This document shows positions 40,507 to 51,171 of a stretch of DNA of 64,000 nt, one piece after another. The position numbers and the translations under genes are program-made. Each line of letters begins with the position of its first letter. The first letter of the stretch is position 1. The stretch is from Thermoanaerobaculia bacterium. GTDB lineage: Bacteria; Acidobacteriota; Thermoanaerobaculia; Multivoradales; Multivoraceae. Location: NCBI GenBank assembly GCA_963664405.1, contig OY761158.1, positions 4,736,001 through 4,800,000 on the forward strand, read 5' to 3'. A model generated the notes under the pieces. The model made no database searches, was not told the origin of the DNA, and was given only the letters and a program-made list of their open reading frames with translations.

Positions 40507-41370
40507 TTGGATCGATTCCTGAAAGATCTGCGCTACGGCCTGCGCATGCTGGCGCGCGCGCCGGGAGTGACGGCGTTGGCGCTTCTTTCTCTCGGCCTGG
40601 GGATCGGCGCCAACACCACCATCTTCACCTGGACCCGAGCCACGTTACTCAATCCTCTGCCGGGCGTGGAGGATGTGGATCGTCTGGCCCTGGTCCTCGG
40701 CCGCCTCGCCGGGGGGCGCATGATCAGTGTCTCGGTTCCCGACTACCTCGACTACCGCGATCGGAGCCAGACCTTCTCCGGCGTCGTGGCCCACTCGATG
40801 TATCCCCTCATTGCCAGGATCGACGCCGAGCCGGAGAATGTCTGGTCAGAAATCGTCTCGGGGAACTTTTTCGATGTTCTGGGCGTGGAGCCGATCGTCG
40901 GTCGGACATTCTTGCCGGAAGAGGATCGCACTCCCGGTACCCACGCGGTGACCGTGATCAGCGAGAGACTGTGGCCGCAGGCGATCGGCGCTGCGATGCT
41001 CGCTCCTTTCAGTCTCCTGGCGTTGCTCCTCGCCTCGATGGGGCTCTACGGCGTGATGTCTTTCGCGGTCTCCCAACGTCGTCAGGAGATCGGCATCCGC
41101 ATGGCCCTGGTTACCGACCGCCGCAGCGTACATCGACTTTTTGTGCGTCGCGGCGTGCTGTTGACGCTGATAGGGACGATTCTCGGTGTTCTCATCATCG
41201 TGCCTGTCGGAAGGCTGGTCGAAACCCTGCTTCTCGGCGCGAGTGCCACCGATCCGGTGGTCTTCCTCACCGTAATCGCGGTGCTCTGGGGTGCGGCTTT
41301 TCTTGCCTGCTCGATCCCCGCCTCACGCGCCTCGCGCTACGATCCGATCCGAGCGTTACGCTACGAGTAA
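40507..41370 (+). pseudogene. ADOP/MacB-FtsX permease with large in-frame internal deletion
   Basis: [37 protein letters not shown] joined directly to the terminal FtsX domain near 40974. Confidence 0.75.
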
Positions 41371-41374
41371 TCCG

Positions 41375-42178
41375 ATGACGATCGAGACCGGCGACGAGGG
41401 ACTTGCCGAACGGGTGGCCATCGTCACCGGTGGTGGCGCTGCGGGCGATGGGATCGGCAACGGCCGAGCCGCCTGCATCCTGCTCGCTCGATCCGGCGCT
41501 CGCGTTCTGGTCGTCGATCGCCGGCCCGAGCTCGCGCAACGCACGGTCGAGATGATCGTGGAGGAAGGTTACGAGGCGGCGGCCTGGGAGGCCGACGTCA
41601 CTGCGAGCGCGGATTGCGAAGCGATGGTGGCGGAGGCACTACGGCGGTGGTCGCGGCTCGACGTTCTGGTGAACAACGTCGGCGTCGGCAGTCGGGGCTC
41701 GGTGGTCGACGAGCCGATCGAGACCTTCGCGCGGGTGATGAAGATCAACGTCGAGTCGATGGTGTTGGCGTCGAAGTACGCGATTCCGGCGATGATCGAG
41801 AGCGGCGACGGTGGCGCGATCGTCAATATCTCGTCGATCTCGGCTCTGCGACCGCGGGGGCTGACCAGCTACTCCACGTCGAAGGGAGCGGTGATCGCTC
41901 TCACCAAGGCGATGGCGGCGGATCACGGTGCCGAGGGCGTTCGCGTCAACTGCGTCGCGCCGGGTCCGGTTTACACGCCGATGGTCTACAGCCGGGGGAT
42001 GAGCGACGAGACCAGAGAGCAACGGCAGCAGGCGTCGCTGCTCAAAGTCGAGGGAACCGGCTGGGATATCGGTCAGGCGGTGCGCTTCCTCGCTTCGGAG
42101 CGGGCGCGCTACATCACCGGTTAGGTGCTTGTGGTCGACGGTGGCACTACCGTCGTTGGGCCGACTCGCGGCAACTGA
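41375..42178 (+). pseudogene. SDR oxidoreductase with in-frame TAG near the C-terminus
   Basis: GIGNG, NNVG, YSTSK; YITG*VLVVDGG continues 17 codons past TAG 42122-42124. Confidence 0.8.
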
Positions 42179-42432
42179 GGCCTGGGGCCGGCGCGGTCGC
42201 GGACAGGTGGCGCTGCCGACCTTCTCGGCGCCTTGCAGCGGGCCGTTTGATCCGGCGAGCTCGTCGTCCCAGGTCGGGAAAAGCCTCTGTGAAGCGCTCG
42301 TACCCGAGCGGCTCGTCGTTGCCCCGATGAGCCTCAGGCATGCCATCCGCCAGATCCGTCGCGGCCGTTGGCACCTTGCGGGGAAGAGCGGAGTTAGAAT
42401 CGTGGGCGGACTATCTCGAAAGGAGGCTGGAT

Positions 42433-43503
42433 ATGGAGACGTCGTGCACGCGCGTACGCTGCGGCACCACCTGGGCTGCCACCGTAGTGGCTACCCTGGT
42501 GGTCTCGTCTGCGAGCCCTTCGAATGAGCCGGCGAGCGGCATCCCGAGGCGAGCCGATGGCCGACCGGATCTATCCGGCACCTATGATGTTGCGACCCTG
42601 ACGCCCTTGGAGCGGCCGGCTGAGTACGGTGACAAGCTGACGCTCAGCGACCAGGAGGCTCGCGAAATCGGCCGCCGGGAACGCGATATCAGGTCGCTGC
42701 GCTCGCTCGCCAGCGATCCCGACCGTGAGGCACCACCAGCAGGTGGAGACGGTTCCCCAGGTGCCGCGGGCAACGTCGGTGGCTACAACACCTTTTGGAT
42801 CGATCGGGGGAACGGCGCTTTCAAGATCGATGGCCGGTGGCGCACCTCGATCTTGGTGGATCCAACCGACGGGCAGCTTCCGCCCTTGTCCGAGGAGGGG
42901 TTGCGGCGAGCAGCAAGGGCGGCCCAGTTTCGCCACGAGAACTCCGGCACTGCCTGGTGGCTCGACATGGAGGTCGGCCCTTACGACGATCCCGAGCTGC
43001 GCCCTCTCGGTGAGCGCTGCCTATTGAGTCGCTCGCGATCGGGGCCACCGGTGCTATCCGCTCTTTACAACAACCTCAAGCGGATCGTTCAGACCGATGA
43101 CCATGTGATGATCCTTGCCGAGCAGATGCACGACGCCCGCATCATCCCTCTCGATGCCGAGCATGGGTCACCGACGATTCGGAAGTGGATGGGGGACTCC
43201 GTCGGCCACTGGCAGGGGGACACCCTGGTGGTTGACACTATCGGCTTTCGTGAGGCCCCGGAGCCGGTCCGGGGTGCTTCGGAAGACCTTCACGTGGTCG
43301 AGAGATTCACCCGTATCGATGATCAGACACTTCTCTACAGATTCACAGTCGAGGACCCGAGCTACACCGCGCCTTGGAGCGGCGAGCTGGTCTGGCCGGC
43401 GACTCGGGCCCGGCTGTACGAGTATGCCTGCCACGAGGGAAACTACTCGCTCACAGGTATCCTGCGCGGCGCTCGGGTGCTCGAGAGGGACGCTCTCGAG
43501 TAG
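42433..43503 (+). CDS. Conserved secreted hypothetical protein
   Basis: AGGAGG RBS; PRRADGRPDLSG, GDSVGHWQGDTLVVDT, YEYACHEGNY. Confidence 0.8.
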   Translation: METSCTRVRCGTTWAATVVATLVVSSASPSNEPASGIPRRADGRPDLSGTYDVATLTPLERPAEYGDKLTLSDQEAREIGRRERDIRSLRSLASDPDREAPPAGGDGSPGAAGNVGGYNTFWIDRGNGAFKIDGRWRTSILVDPTDGQLPPLSEEGLRRAARAAQFRHENSGTAWWLDMEVGPYDDPELRPLGERCLLSRSRSGPPVLSALYNNLKRIVQTDDHVMILAEQMHDARIIPLDAEHGSPTIRKWMGDSVGHWQGDTLVVDTIGFREAPEPVRGASEDLHVVERFTRIDDQTLLYRFTVEDPSYTAPWSGELVWPATRARLYEYACHEGNYSLTGILRGARVLERDALE

Positions 43504-43522
43504 ATCCGGTCAGGAGAAACTC

Positions 43523-44329
43523 ATGAAAATCCTCATCCAAGGTTCGATTCTCCGAGCCATGGCCCTTCCGCTCTCCTTCCTTGCCCTGCACTCGGCCGGC
43601 GCGCAGGACAAGCCCGACAAGACGCCCCCGCCGCGCGACGAGTCAGCGATCGACGACCCTCGGGTGCAGCACCGCACTTACAAGTTCGAGGCGGCCGGCG
43701 GCATCGAGACGCCTTACGCGCTCTTTGTTCCTTCGACCTACGACTCGGCCAGGCCGGCCCCTTTGATGGTGGCTCTGCACGGCCTCGGGCGCCAATACGA
43801 CTGGCTGATGGGTTACCACGGCATGCTCGATTTGGCTGAGCGCGATGGGTTTATCGTCACCACACCCTTGGGCCACGATCGGCGCGGGTGGTTTGGCTCG
43901 CATGAGAACGGCGAGACCGGCCGACTTTCGGAGCTCGACGTCATCAACGTCGTCGGTCTCATCCGCGACGAATTCAACGTCGACGCCGACCGCATCTACC
44001 TATGGGGTCATTCGATGGGCGGCGCGGGTACGTATCACTTGGCGGCGAAGTATCCCGACCTGTGGGCCGGGCTTGGGGTGGCGGCGCCGGCGCCTTCGGT
44101 CGATCCCGATCAGCTCGAGCGCTTTCAGCATCTGCCCATTCTCGTGCTCCAGGGCGACCAGGACAAGCTCGTCACTCGCACCAGGGAGTGGGTGACGAAG
44201 ATGAAAGAGATCGGCATGGAGCACGTCTACATCGAGATGAAAGGCGGCGACCACTCACTCTTCATCTCCCAGAACCCGGTGATGATGGCCAAGATCTTCG
44301 CCTTCTTTGAGATCGCGAGAAAGAACTAG
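43523..44329 (+). CDS. Secreted alpha/beta hydrolase (esterase/PHB-depolymerase-like)
   Basis: AGGAG RBS; PLMVALHG, GHSMGG, QGDQD, GGDH. Confidence 0.85.
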   Translation: MKILIQGSILRAMALPLSFLALHSAGAQDKPDKTPPPRDESAIDDPRVQHRTYKFEAAGGIETPYALFVPSTYDSARPAPLMVALHGLGRQYDWLMGYHGMLDLAERDGFIVTTPLGHDRRGWFGSHENGETGRLSELDVINVVGLIRDEFNVDADRIYLWGHSMGGAGTYHLAAKYPDLWAGLGVAAPAPSVDPDQLERFQHLPILVLQGDQDKLVTRTREWVTKMKEIGMEHVYIEMKGGDHSLFISQNPVMMAKIFAFFEIARKN

Positions 44330-44492
44330 TACATGCGGCCATAAGTACGGGTACGTTTCGAGCGACGAAGCGCCTCGCCAGCAAGGCGCGTGACTGAGGC
44401 GTACCTGGCAGTACGCCGCAGGGAGCGCAACGCTGCTGGAGAGGATGCAGCGTCGCTCCAAACGTGTCCGTATTTATGGCCGTGTGTACTAG
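44326..44492 (+). mobile_element. 167-bp MITE-like foldback element, subfamily B
   Basis: CTAG at both ends, first overlapping a TAG stop; TIR CTAGTACA..CGGCCATAA.TACGG..ACGTTT; core related to subfamily A. Confidence 0.85.
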
Positions 44493-44495
44493 CTA

Positions 44496-45335
44496 ATGAC
44501 ATCCCAAGCCTTACCGCCTCACGCCCAACTGATACAGATGGGTACCGCCTCCTGGGTATCCAAAATCCTCTACGCAGCGGCCAAAGTAGGTCTGGCCGAT
44601 CAGCTGGCGGCGGGACCCAAGAGTGCCGCCGCGCTAGCCGAGGGGATGCGCTTGCACGCGCCCTCCTTGCATCGCCTGATGCGCACCCTGGCCAGCCTCG
44701 GCATCCTCACCGAGCAGGACGAGCAGCGTTTCTCACTGACCCCCTTGGGCGAGTCGCTCCAGACCGATGCCCCCGGTTCAGCACGGGCCACCTTGATCGC
44801 CTTTGGCGGCGAGTGGTCCTCGCGCGCTTGGGACCAGATCCTGCACTCGATGGAAACGGGCAACACCGGCGTCGAAAAAGCCTTTGGCATGCCCCTTTTT
44901 GATTACCTGGCTCAACATCCCGAAGAAGCGTCCTACTTCAGCGAAGCCATGGTGGGCTTCCATGGCGCCGAGCCACCAGCCGTGGCGGCGGCATACGACT
45001 TCTCCGGGTTCGGGACCGTGGTGGACGTCGGTGGTGCTACCGGCAACATGCTGGCTGCGATCCTCGACCGTCATGCCGGCCCCCGCGGCGTGCTCTTCGA
45101 TAGGCCGCACGTGGTGAGCGAAGCTCCGGCATTGCTCCAGGCCCGCGGGGTGGAGGAGCGGGTGACCATCGAGGCCGGCGATTTCTTCGAGACCGTGCCC
45201 GCCGGTGGCGACGCCTACCTGATGTCGCACATCATTCACGACTGGAGCGAAGAGCAGTGCCTGACCATCCTGGGCCACTGCCGCAGAGCCATCGAGTCAG
45301 ATGGCCGTCTACTGATCGTCGAGATGGTGCTGGCG
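44496..45335 (+). pseudogene. Class II O-methyltransferase, C-terminally truncated
   Basis: VDVGGATG, GDFF, HIIHDW; similarity ends at [11 protein letters not shown] then runs antisense through kinase remnant to 45821. Confidence 0.8.
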
Positions 45336-45689
45336 AGGGCGATGGCGAGCTCGAAGAAAGTCGAGCGTTCCAGCGCGCCCTCCGCGATCAGATCCTGCAG
45401 CGTCGCGCCCATCCACCAGCTCCATGGTGAGGAAGTGGGTCCCTTCGGCCTCCTCGACCGAGTAGATGGTGACGATATTCGGGTGATTGAGGGCGGCCAG
45501 CGATTCGGCTTCGCGACGGAAGCGCTCGAGGCTCTCGCGGTTCGAAGCGAGACTCTCGGGCAGGACCTTCAGCGCGACGCGCCGCTTGAGGCGCGGGTCT
45601 CGAGCGACGTAGACCTCGCCCATCCCTCCCTTGCCGAGCAGAGAAACGAGGTCGTAGTCGCCGAGGCGGCTACCGGGCTTAAGGGGCAT
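45333..45689 (-). pseudogene. Ser/Thr kinase N-lobe remnant, frameshifted and truncated
   Basis: [27 protein letters not shown]; no HRD or DFG. Confidence 0.85.
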
Positions 45690-47106
45690 GGACGGGAGTT
45701 TCCGCGCGGAGATCGAACATCGCCATCTCCTGCCCATTGCGCACCAGCAGCAGGCCGCCGGCGAGAGCGAAATTGTTCCAGGTCTTACCCTCGATCGCCT
45801 GGAAGCTGGAGATCTCTTTGAACTGCTCGGTTGTTGCGGGCAGCAGTGCGAGTTGCCCTCTCTCGCCTAGTACGATCAGGTGACCGTCGGCGTAGAGCAG
45901 CTGGCCGTGGCCGTAGCGCCCGCCTTTCCACACCCGGTCGCCGGTTTCGGCGTCGATGCAGGCGAGGATCCCTTCGTCGAAGCCGTAGATGTAGCCATCG
46001 ACCAACACCGAGGAGTTGAACTTGTTCTTCATCGTCGTTTGGGCCCACAGCTGCTCGGCGCTCGACTGCCCCCCGACCTCTCGGATCTTGAATGCGGCCG
46101 CGCCCTTGCCGTAGCCGGTGGAGATGAATACGCGATCGTCGCCAAGGAGAAGAGGCTGCGCGCAGTGGATGCCGTTTTGGCTGCCGGTCCATTCGGCGGA
46201 CCACAGCTTGGTGCCGGTCTCGGGGTCGACTCCGTTGAGAGCGTGGGCGGCGAAATCGAGAAGCTGCGGCCGGCCGGCGAGCTCGGCAAGAACGAGCGAG
46301 GCGTAGGCCTGCTGACCCAGGTCGCTCGACCAGACCTGCTCGCCCGTCGACTTGTCGTATGCCATCGCCGACGCGCCTCCCAAGCCTGAGGCGGTGACGA
46401 TCACCTTCTCGTCGACGATCAGCGGCGCCCCGCTCATGCCCCACTCGAGATTTCGTGACTTCGTCTCGGTCAAGATGTTTCGCGACCACTCGACTTCGCC
46501 CGTCGCTGCCGAAAGGCATATCAGCTCGCCCTCGGCGCCGAGCGAATAGAGCCGAGCGCCATCGAGGGTCGGTGAAGCGCGTGGACCGTCACCGCCCATT
46601 TGCTCCACGAAGGCAGCGGGGTAGGCGTGGGTCCAGACCTCGGTTCCGGTCTTGAATTCGTAGGCGACAACGACTTCGCTGTCGCGACGTTGTTCGATCG
46701 TGAAGGCAAGCCCTCCGCCGACCACGAGCCCGGCGTACCCGAGCCCCACCGGCTGCCGATAGACCTCAGGCGGCCCCCCCTTGGGCCAGCTCGTGAGCAG
46801 ACCCGTCTCCTCGATCCGACCCTGACTCTGCGGGCCGCGATACTGCGGAAAAGCAGGCTCCGTCGCGAGCCGTGCGAGAAACTTCTCGTCGCTGAGAGTC
46901 GCCCCGTAGGGTTGCTGTGCCTCGCGATCCCTCTCCACTCGGTCGAAGAGCTCGTCGGCCTTCTCGAAGTTGAACGAGGGCGAGAAGTTCCCCCTCAGGT
47001 CCCAGTAAGGGCGAAGCAGGAGCATCAGCGCGACGAGCAGTGCCAAGAGGACCAGGAGCGATCCTGCTCCCTTGAGACTGAACTTGAGAATGCTTCGCAG
47101 TTTCAT
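45679..47106 (-). CDS. PQQ-like beta-propeller protein (BamB-like repeats), membrane anchored
   Basis: QYRGP, GPRASPT, repeated TG..VW motifs. Confidence 0.85.
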   Translation of the reverse strand: MKLRSILKFSLKGAGSLLVLLALLVALMLLLRPYWDLRGNFSPSFNFEKADELFDRVERDREAQQPYGATLSDEKFLARLATEPAFPQYRGPQSQGRIEETGLLTSWPKGGPPEVYRQPVGLGYAGLVVGGGLAFTIEQRRDSEVVVAYEFKTGTEVWTHAYPAAFVEQMGGDGPRASPTLDGARLYSLGAEGELICLSAATGEVEWSRNILTETKSRNLEWGMSGAPLIVDEKVIVTASGLGGASAMAYDKSTGEQVWSSDLGQQAYASLVLAELAGRPQLLDFAAHALNGVDPETGTKLWSAEWTGSQNGIHCAQPLLLGDDRVFISTGYGKGAAAFKIREVGGQSSAEQLWAQTTMKNKFNSSVLVDGYIYGFDEGILACIDAETGDRVWKGGRYGHGQLLYADGHLIVLGERGQLALLPATTEQFKEISSFQAIEGKTWNNFALAGGLLLVRNGQEMAMFDLRAETPVHAP

Positions 47107-47127
47107 GCCTGCGTTTCTCGCCCTCTT

Positions 47128-47403
47128 TCAGCCGCCTAAGTGGGCATGGGCTTTCAGAGGGAATCTCTCTGGGTGTTCGATGGACTCAAGCGCCAAGTCG
47201 ACATCCAGGTCGGGCCAGTAGAGATGACCCGGGTGTGGTCGCTCGACGTTCATGATCGCTTTCACCGTAGCGCTCTCGAACCAGGGGAACTCCTCGAACG
47301 GCAAGAACAGCTCGCGATCCTCGAGTAAGAGCCAGAACCCGTGACGCGAGAGGTTGGTGACCTCAGCTTGGGAAATGGCGGTGCCAGGCATCTCTGATCT
47401 CAT
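47128..47403 (-). CDS. DUF2442-family protein (putative antitoxin); start may be the second ATG
   Basis: EVTNLSRHGFWLL..ELFLPFEEFPWF..HLYWPDLDVDL. Confidence 0.8.
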   Translation of the reverse strand: MRSEMPGTAISQAEVTNLSRHGFWLLLEDRELFLPFEEFPWFESATVKAIMNVERPHPGHLYWPDLDVDLALESIEHPERFPLKAHAHLGG

Positions 47404-47475
47404 CCTCGTGTTCCACGATCAGTTCTCGGACGCGATTCAGGTTCTGTTCGCTCAGCCGATAGTTCGTAGCCAAGT
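47362..47475 (-). pseudogene. DUF4160-family protein C-terminal remnant
   Basis: LATNYRLSEQNLNRVRELIVEHEDEIRDAWHRHFPS* overlapping the DUF2442 start; no N-terminus. Confidence 0.7.
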
Positions 47476-47516
47476 TTAGCAAGCTGGCTGTTCGTGCTGG
47501 GCATTCAGCCGGTGGA

Positions 47517-49202
47517 TCAATCTAGCAGCTCAGGCTGGTTGTCGGCATCCACATTGCTCGGCCAGGTGACCGCAGGCGCTGCGGGAAGCTGCATCCTTTC
47601 CTCATAGGGAAGCACCTTGGCTCGCCAGGCCCACTCTTCCCACTTCTTCGTCATGGTCTCGAGGAGCACCGGGTTCTGCGCTGCCAGATCGTTGACTTCG
47701 TTTCGATCGACCGATAGATCATAGAGCCTCCACTCTCCGATCTCCTTTTGCCAGAGCGCCTTGAAATTGCCTTGGCGCACCGCTCTGTGTTTCATGTGCT
47801 CCCAGAACATCCACTCGGCTTGCTCCAGCTCACCGGTTTTGATTGCTTCGAGCAAGCTTCCCCCCTCCAGTGAGTGAATGTCATAGCCGTTGAACGAGGT
47901 GGGGTAGTCGGCTTTCGCGACTTCATAGAAAGTGGGAGCCAGGTTCAGTAAAGAGGCTGGAGTGCGAATCCATTGATCTTTCATCGTTCCGATCTCTTGC
48001 GGCCAGTGAACGATCAATGGAGAAGAGATACCTCCTTCATTGAGCCACACCTTGAACTTTCTAAACGGCGTGTTCGATGCATTTGCCCAGCCGGTGCCGT
48101 AAGAGACGGGGCCACTGTAATCGGGATCGTTGATGAGCTCGAAGGCCCGTCCCCCAAGGTCGTCGTAGGGCTCGGCGCAGCCACCGTTGTCGGTCAGAAA
48201 CACAAGCAGAGTGTTTTCGAAGGCTCGTTTCCTTTTGAGCGCTTCGATCAGCCTTCCAATGTTGGTGTCGACTCTGTGAACCATCGCCGCGTAGACCGCC
48301 ATCCGATAGTCCAGCTGATCTTTCTGTTCTTCTGTTACGTCCGCCCACGCGCGTGCCCCTGGGTCGCGTGCTGAAAGATTGTTCGTTTCATTCAACAATC
48401 CGATCTCGAGCTGGCGTGCGAACCTCTGCTTTCTGAGCTCGTCCCATCCGATCTCTTTATATTTGCCGACGAACTTTTCAATGTCTTCTTCTCTTGCATG
48501 TAGCGGCCAGTGAGGCGCTGTGTAGGCGAGGTATAGGAAGAAGGGATCGTCATCTTTCTGTTCTTCGACAAAGTGGATGGCGTAATCGGTAAAGGCGTCG
48601 GTGGTGTAGTAGCCCTCCTCGGTGGGAGGTGCCAGGGGACTGTTGTCGAGCATGAGACCGCGGCCCCCTTGCGGCTTCAGATAGCTCGAGGCACCGGCGA
48701 TGATGCCGTAGAAGCGATTGAAACCACGCTGCCGCGGCCAGCGGTCGGGGGTGTGGTACCCCTGATGCCATTTGCCGGCCATGTAGGTGTGGTACCCGGC
48801 CTCGCCCAGTACCTCGGCCAGGGTCAGGCTGTTGCGATTGAGGAATCCCCGGTAGCCATAGACCCCGTGGTCTCCGATCAAGCCCGTGGGTGAGTTGGTG
48901 GCAGCGCCGATGCCGGTCTGGTGAGGGTGCAGCCCGGTCAGCAGGCTGGCGCGGGTGGGGTAGCAGCGTGCGGTGTTGTAGAACTGGGTGAAGCGCACCC
49001 CGTTGGCGGCCAGCCCGTCGATATTGGGGGTCGGAATCTCGCCGCCGTAGGCACCGATGTCCGACCACCCCATGTCGTCGACCATGATGAGAACGATGTT
49101 GGGCCGCTCGTCTGCTGCGAGCAGTGGGGTAGAGAGCACGCAGACGAATAGAAGCGTCAGGTGAGAAACCAGGGAGCGCGAGGAGGGGGTAAGCGTTGGC
49201 AT
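47517..49202 (-). CDS. Arylsulfatase
   Basis: PNIVLIMVDDMG, CYPTRASLLTG, APHWPLHA, GWANASNTPF. Confidence 0.92.
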   Translation of the reverse strand: MPTLTPSSRSLVSHLTLLFVCVLSTPLLAADERPNIVLIMVDDMGWSDIGAYGGEIPTPNIDGLAANGVRFTQFYNTARCYPTRASLLTGLHPHQTGIGAATNSPTGLIGDHGVYGYRGFLNRNSLTLAEVLGEAGYHTYMAGKWHQGYHTPDRWPRQRGFNRFYGIIAGASSYLKPQGGRGLMLDNSPLAPPTEEGYYTTDAFTDYAIHFVEEQKDDDPFFLYLAYTAPHWPLHAREEDIEKFVGKYKEIGWDELRKQRFARQLEIGLLNETNNLSARDPGARAWADVTEEQKDQLDYRMAVYAAMVHRVDTNIGRLIEALKRKRAFENTLLVFLTDNGGCAEPYDDLGGRAFELINDPDYSGPVSYGTGWANASNTPFRKFKVWLNEGGISSPLIVHWPQEIGTMKDQWIRTPASLLNLAPTFYEVAKADYPTSFNGYDIHSLEGGSLLEAIKTGELEQAEWMFWEHMKHRAVRQGNFKALWQKEIGEWRLYDLSVDRNEVNDLAAQNPVLLETMTKKWEEWAWRAKVLPYEERMQLPAAPAVTWPSNVDADNQPELLD

Positions 49203-49342
49203 TCCCGAGGGCAGTGTTCTCGTGGTCACTCGTGCGGGCTCTTCGAGGATGTCAAGGATGGCCTTTGCACAGCAAACACGATCACGGACTTTGCCGGGCT
49301 CAAGTAGGATGGGTACCAACCCGACTCTCGAGGACACACCAA

Positions 49343-50982
49343 TTGGCTGCAAAGTCGCCGCTGCACGCTGCCCCTCTCTTCCTGCTGGGATCGAGTCTGC
49401 TTGCTCTCTCCGCTCAGCCCGGTCTTGGCCAATCCGAGAACAGGGTCGATTTCAGCACCCAGATCCGCCCCCTCCTTGCCGGCTACTGCTATGAGTGTCA
49501 CGGCGAGAACCGGGCCACGCGAGAGGCCGATCTCAGGTTGGATCAGCAGTCCTTCGCCTTCAGCGACCTCGGAGGCTACAGGGCGATTGTCCCCGGAGAT
49601 CCGCAGGAGAGCGAGCTCTACCTTCGCGTCGCTTCAGAGTTCGCCGAGACCCGAATGCCCCCCTATGCGGCGGGCACCGAGCTCAGCAAGGATCAGATCG
49701 AATTGATTCGACGGTGGATCGAGGAGGGAGCAGAGTGGATCGACGACGAAACCGATCGGGAGACCCCTCGTCGCAGCACCGGTCGGCGGCCGGTCGAGCT
49801 GCCCCGCGAGCCGTTTTCCATCTACACCCACGACATCGACGAGGTCCGCGTGTCGGTCCTGGCTCGCGGCCTGTCCCATCCGTGGGCGTTGGCCTTTCTG
49901 CCGAGCGGCGACATGTTGGTCACCGAGCGCAGTGGAGCCCTTCGCGTGTGGTTCGGGACGGCGTCCTCGTTCCCGAGCCGGTCGCGGGGCTGCCGACGGA
50001 CATGATCGCCAGGCGGTCGTCCGGCCTGATGGAGGTGTCAGTCCATCCCCGGTTCGAACAGAACGGGTGGGTCTACTTGACCTACACGAGGAAGCTCGAC
50101 GAGGGGACGGGGACAGTGGCTCTCGTGCGCGGCCGCCTCGACGGGATGCAGCTTCGCAACGTCGAAGACGTGTTCGTCGCGGAGCCGTGGGCCGGCACGA
50201 ACCCGACCGATCCTATGAACCAAACTCGGAAACCTCGCGCGACAGCGGCGGCGCGGCTTGCGTTCGCACCGGATGGGACGCTCTTCATGACCTTGGGCGG
50301 CGCCGTCGGTGTCGCGAGAGACGACGGCTCGTCGAGTTTCTTCGGCAAGGGCATGCTCGCCCAGGATCCGAGCAGCCACGCCGGCAAGCTCCTACGGTTC
50401 AACGACGACGGTAGTGTCCCGGACGACAACCCCTTCGTTGGGCGCGAGGGGTATATGCCCGAGATCTACTCGATGGAGCATCGCAACCAGCAGGGACTGG
50501 CGATCCACCCGGAAACGGGGATGCCCTTCGCTACCGAGCACGCTCCACAGGGCGGCGACGAGCTCAACGCCATCGAGGCCGGAGGGAATTACGGCTGGCC
50601 GGTCGTGTCCTACGGCCGACATTACGATGGGCCGCGGATCGCTCCCCAGTTCTGGCAGGAAGGTATGAAGGAGCCGGTGGTGTTCTGGGTGCCGTCGATC
50701 GGCCCGTCCGGTCTGGCCTTCTACACCGGCGATCGCTTCCCCGAATGGAGAGGGGACCTCTTCGCCGGCGCGATGATGGTGGGCAGGATCCCTCGCACCG
50801 GCCATCTCGAGCGGATCGTTTTCAACGAGAGAGGCGAAGAGCTCCGCCGCGAGTCGCTGCTCAGTGAGCTCCGGCAGCGGATTCGCGACGTGCGCCAGGG
50901 GCCGGACGGGCTGCTCTATCTTCTGACCGAAGAAAACGATGCTGCGCTGTTGCGGCTCGAGCCGGTGGAGAGCGCCCAGTAG
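49343..50982 (+). pseudogene. Planctomycete-type cytochrome c domain fused to PQQ-dependent sugar dehydrogenase (GSDH), frameshifted
   Basis: CYECHG, LRLD, MPP, IRRWIEEGA; then HPWALAFLP..MLVTER; extra TG near 49946-49950; HRNQQG, GGDELN, NYGWP, RIRDVRQGPDG. Confidence 0.82.
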
Positions 50983-51171
50983 AACAGCGTTGTCTCCCCA
51001 CTCGAAAATAGGATAGACGCTTATTAGCGATCAAGAAGGAAATCGAAAATAACGGCCTTGACGCCTTCCTGTCGAGTTCCCGCCGCGTCTAGGGAGCCCG
51101 CGTGGCAACGAGAGCGCGTTATGCTAAGCGGCACGTCACTCGAAGACCCATATCCTCCCGGGAGGGAAGCC

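Noticed and set aside
42122-42124. Stop-codon reassignment or pyrrolysine
   Set aside because: Many genes in the window end at TAG; a single case is better explained as a nonsense mutation
42180-42420. Possible gene remnant on the minus strand
   Set aside because: No recognisable motif in any frame
50960-50982. GSDH ends PVESAQ, same peptide as read from the IS30 left end
   Set aside because: Nucleotide sequences differ at several positions and no IR is present; likely coincidence
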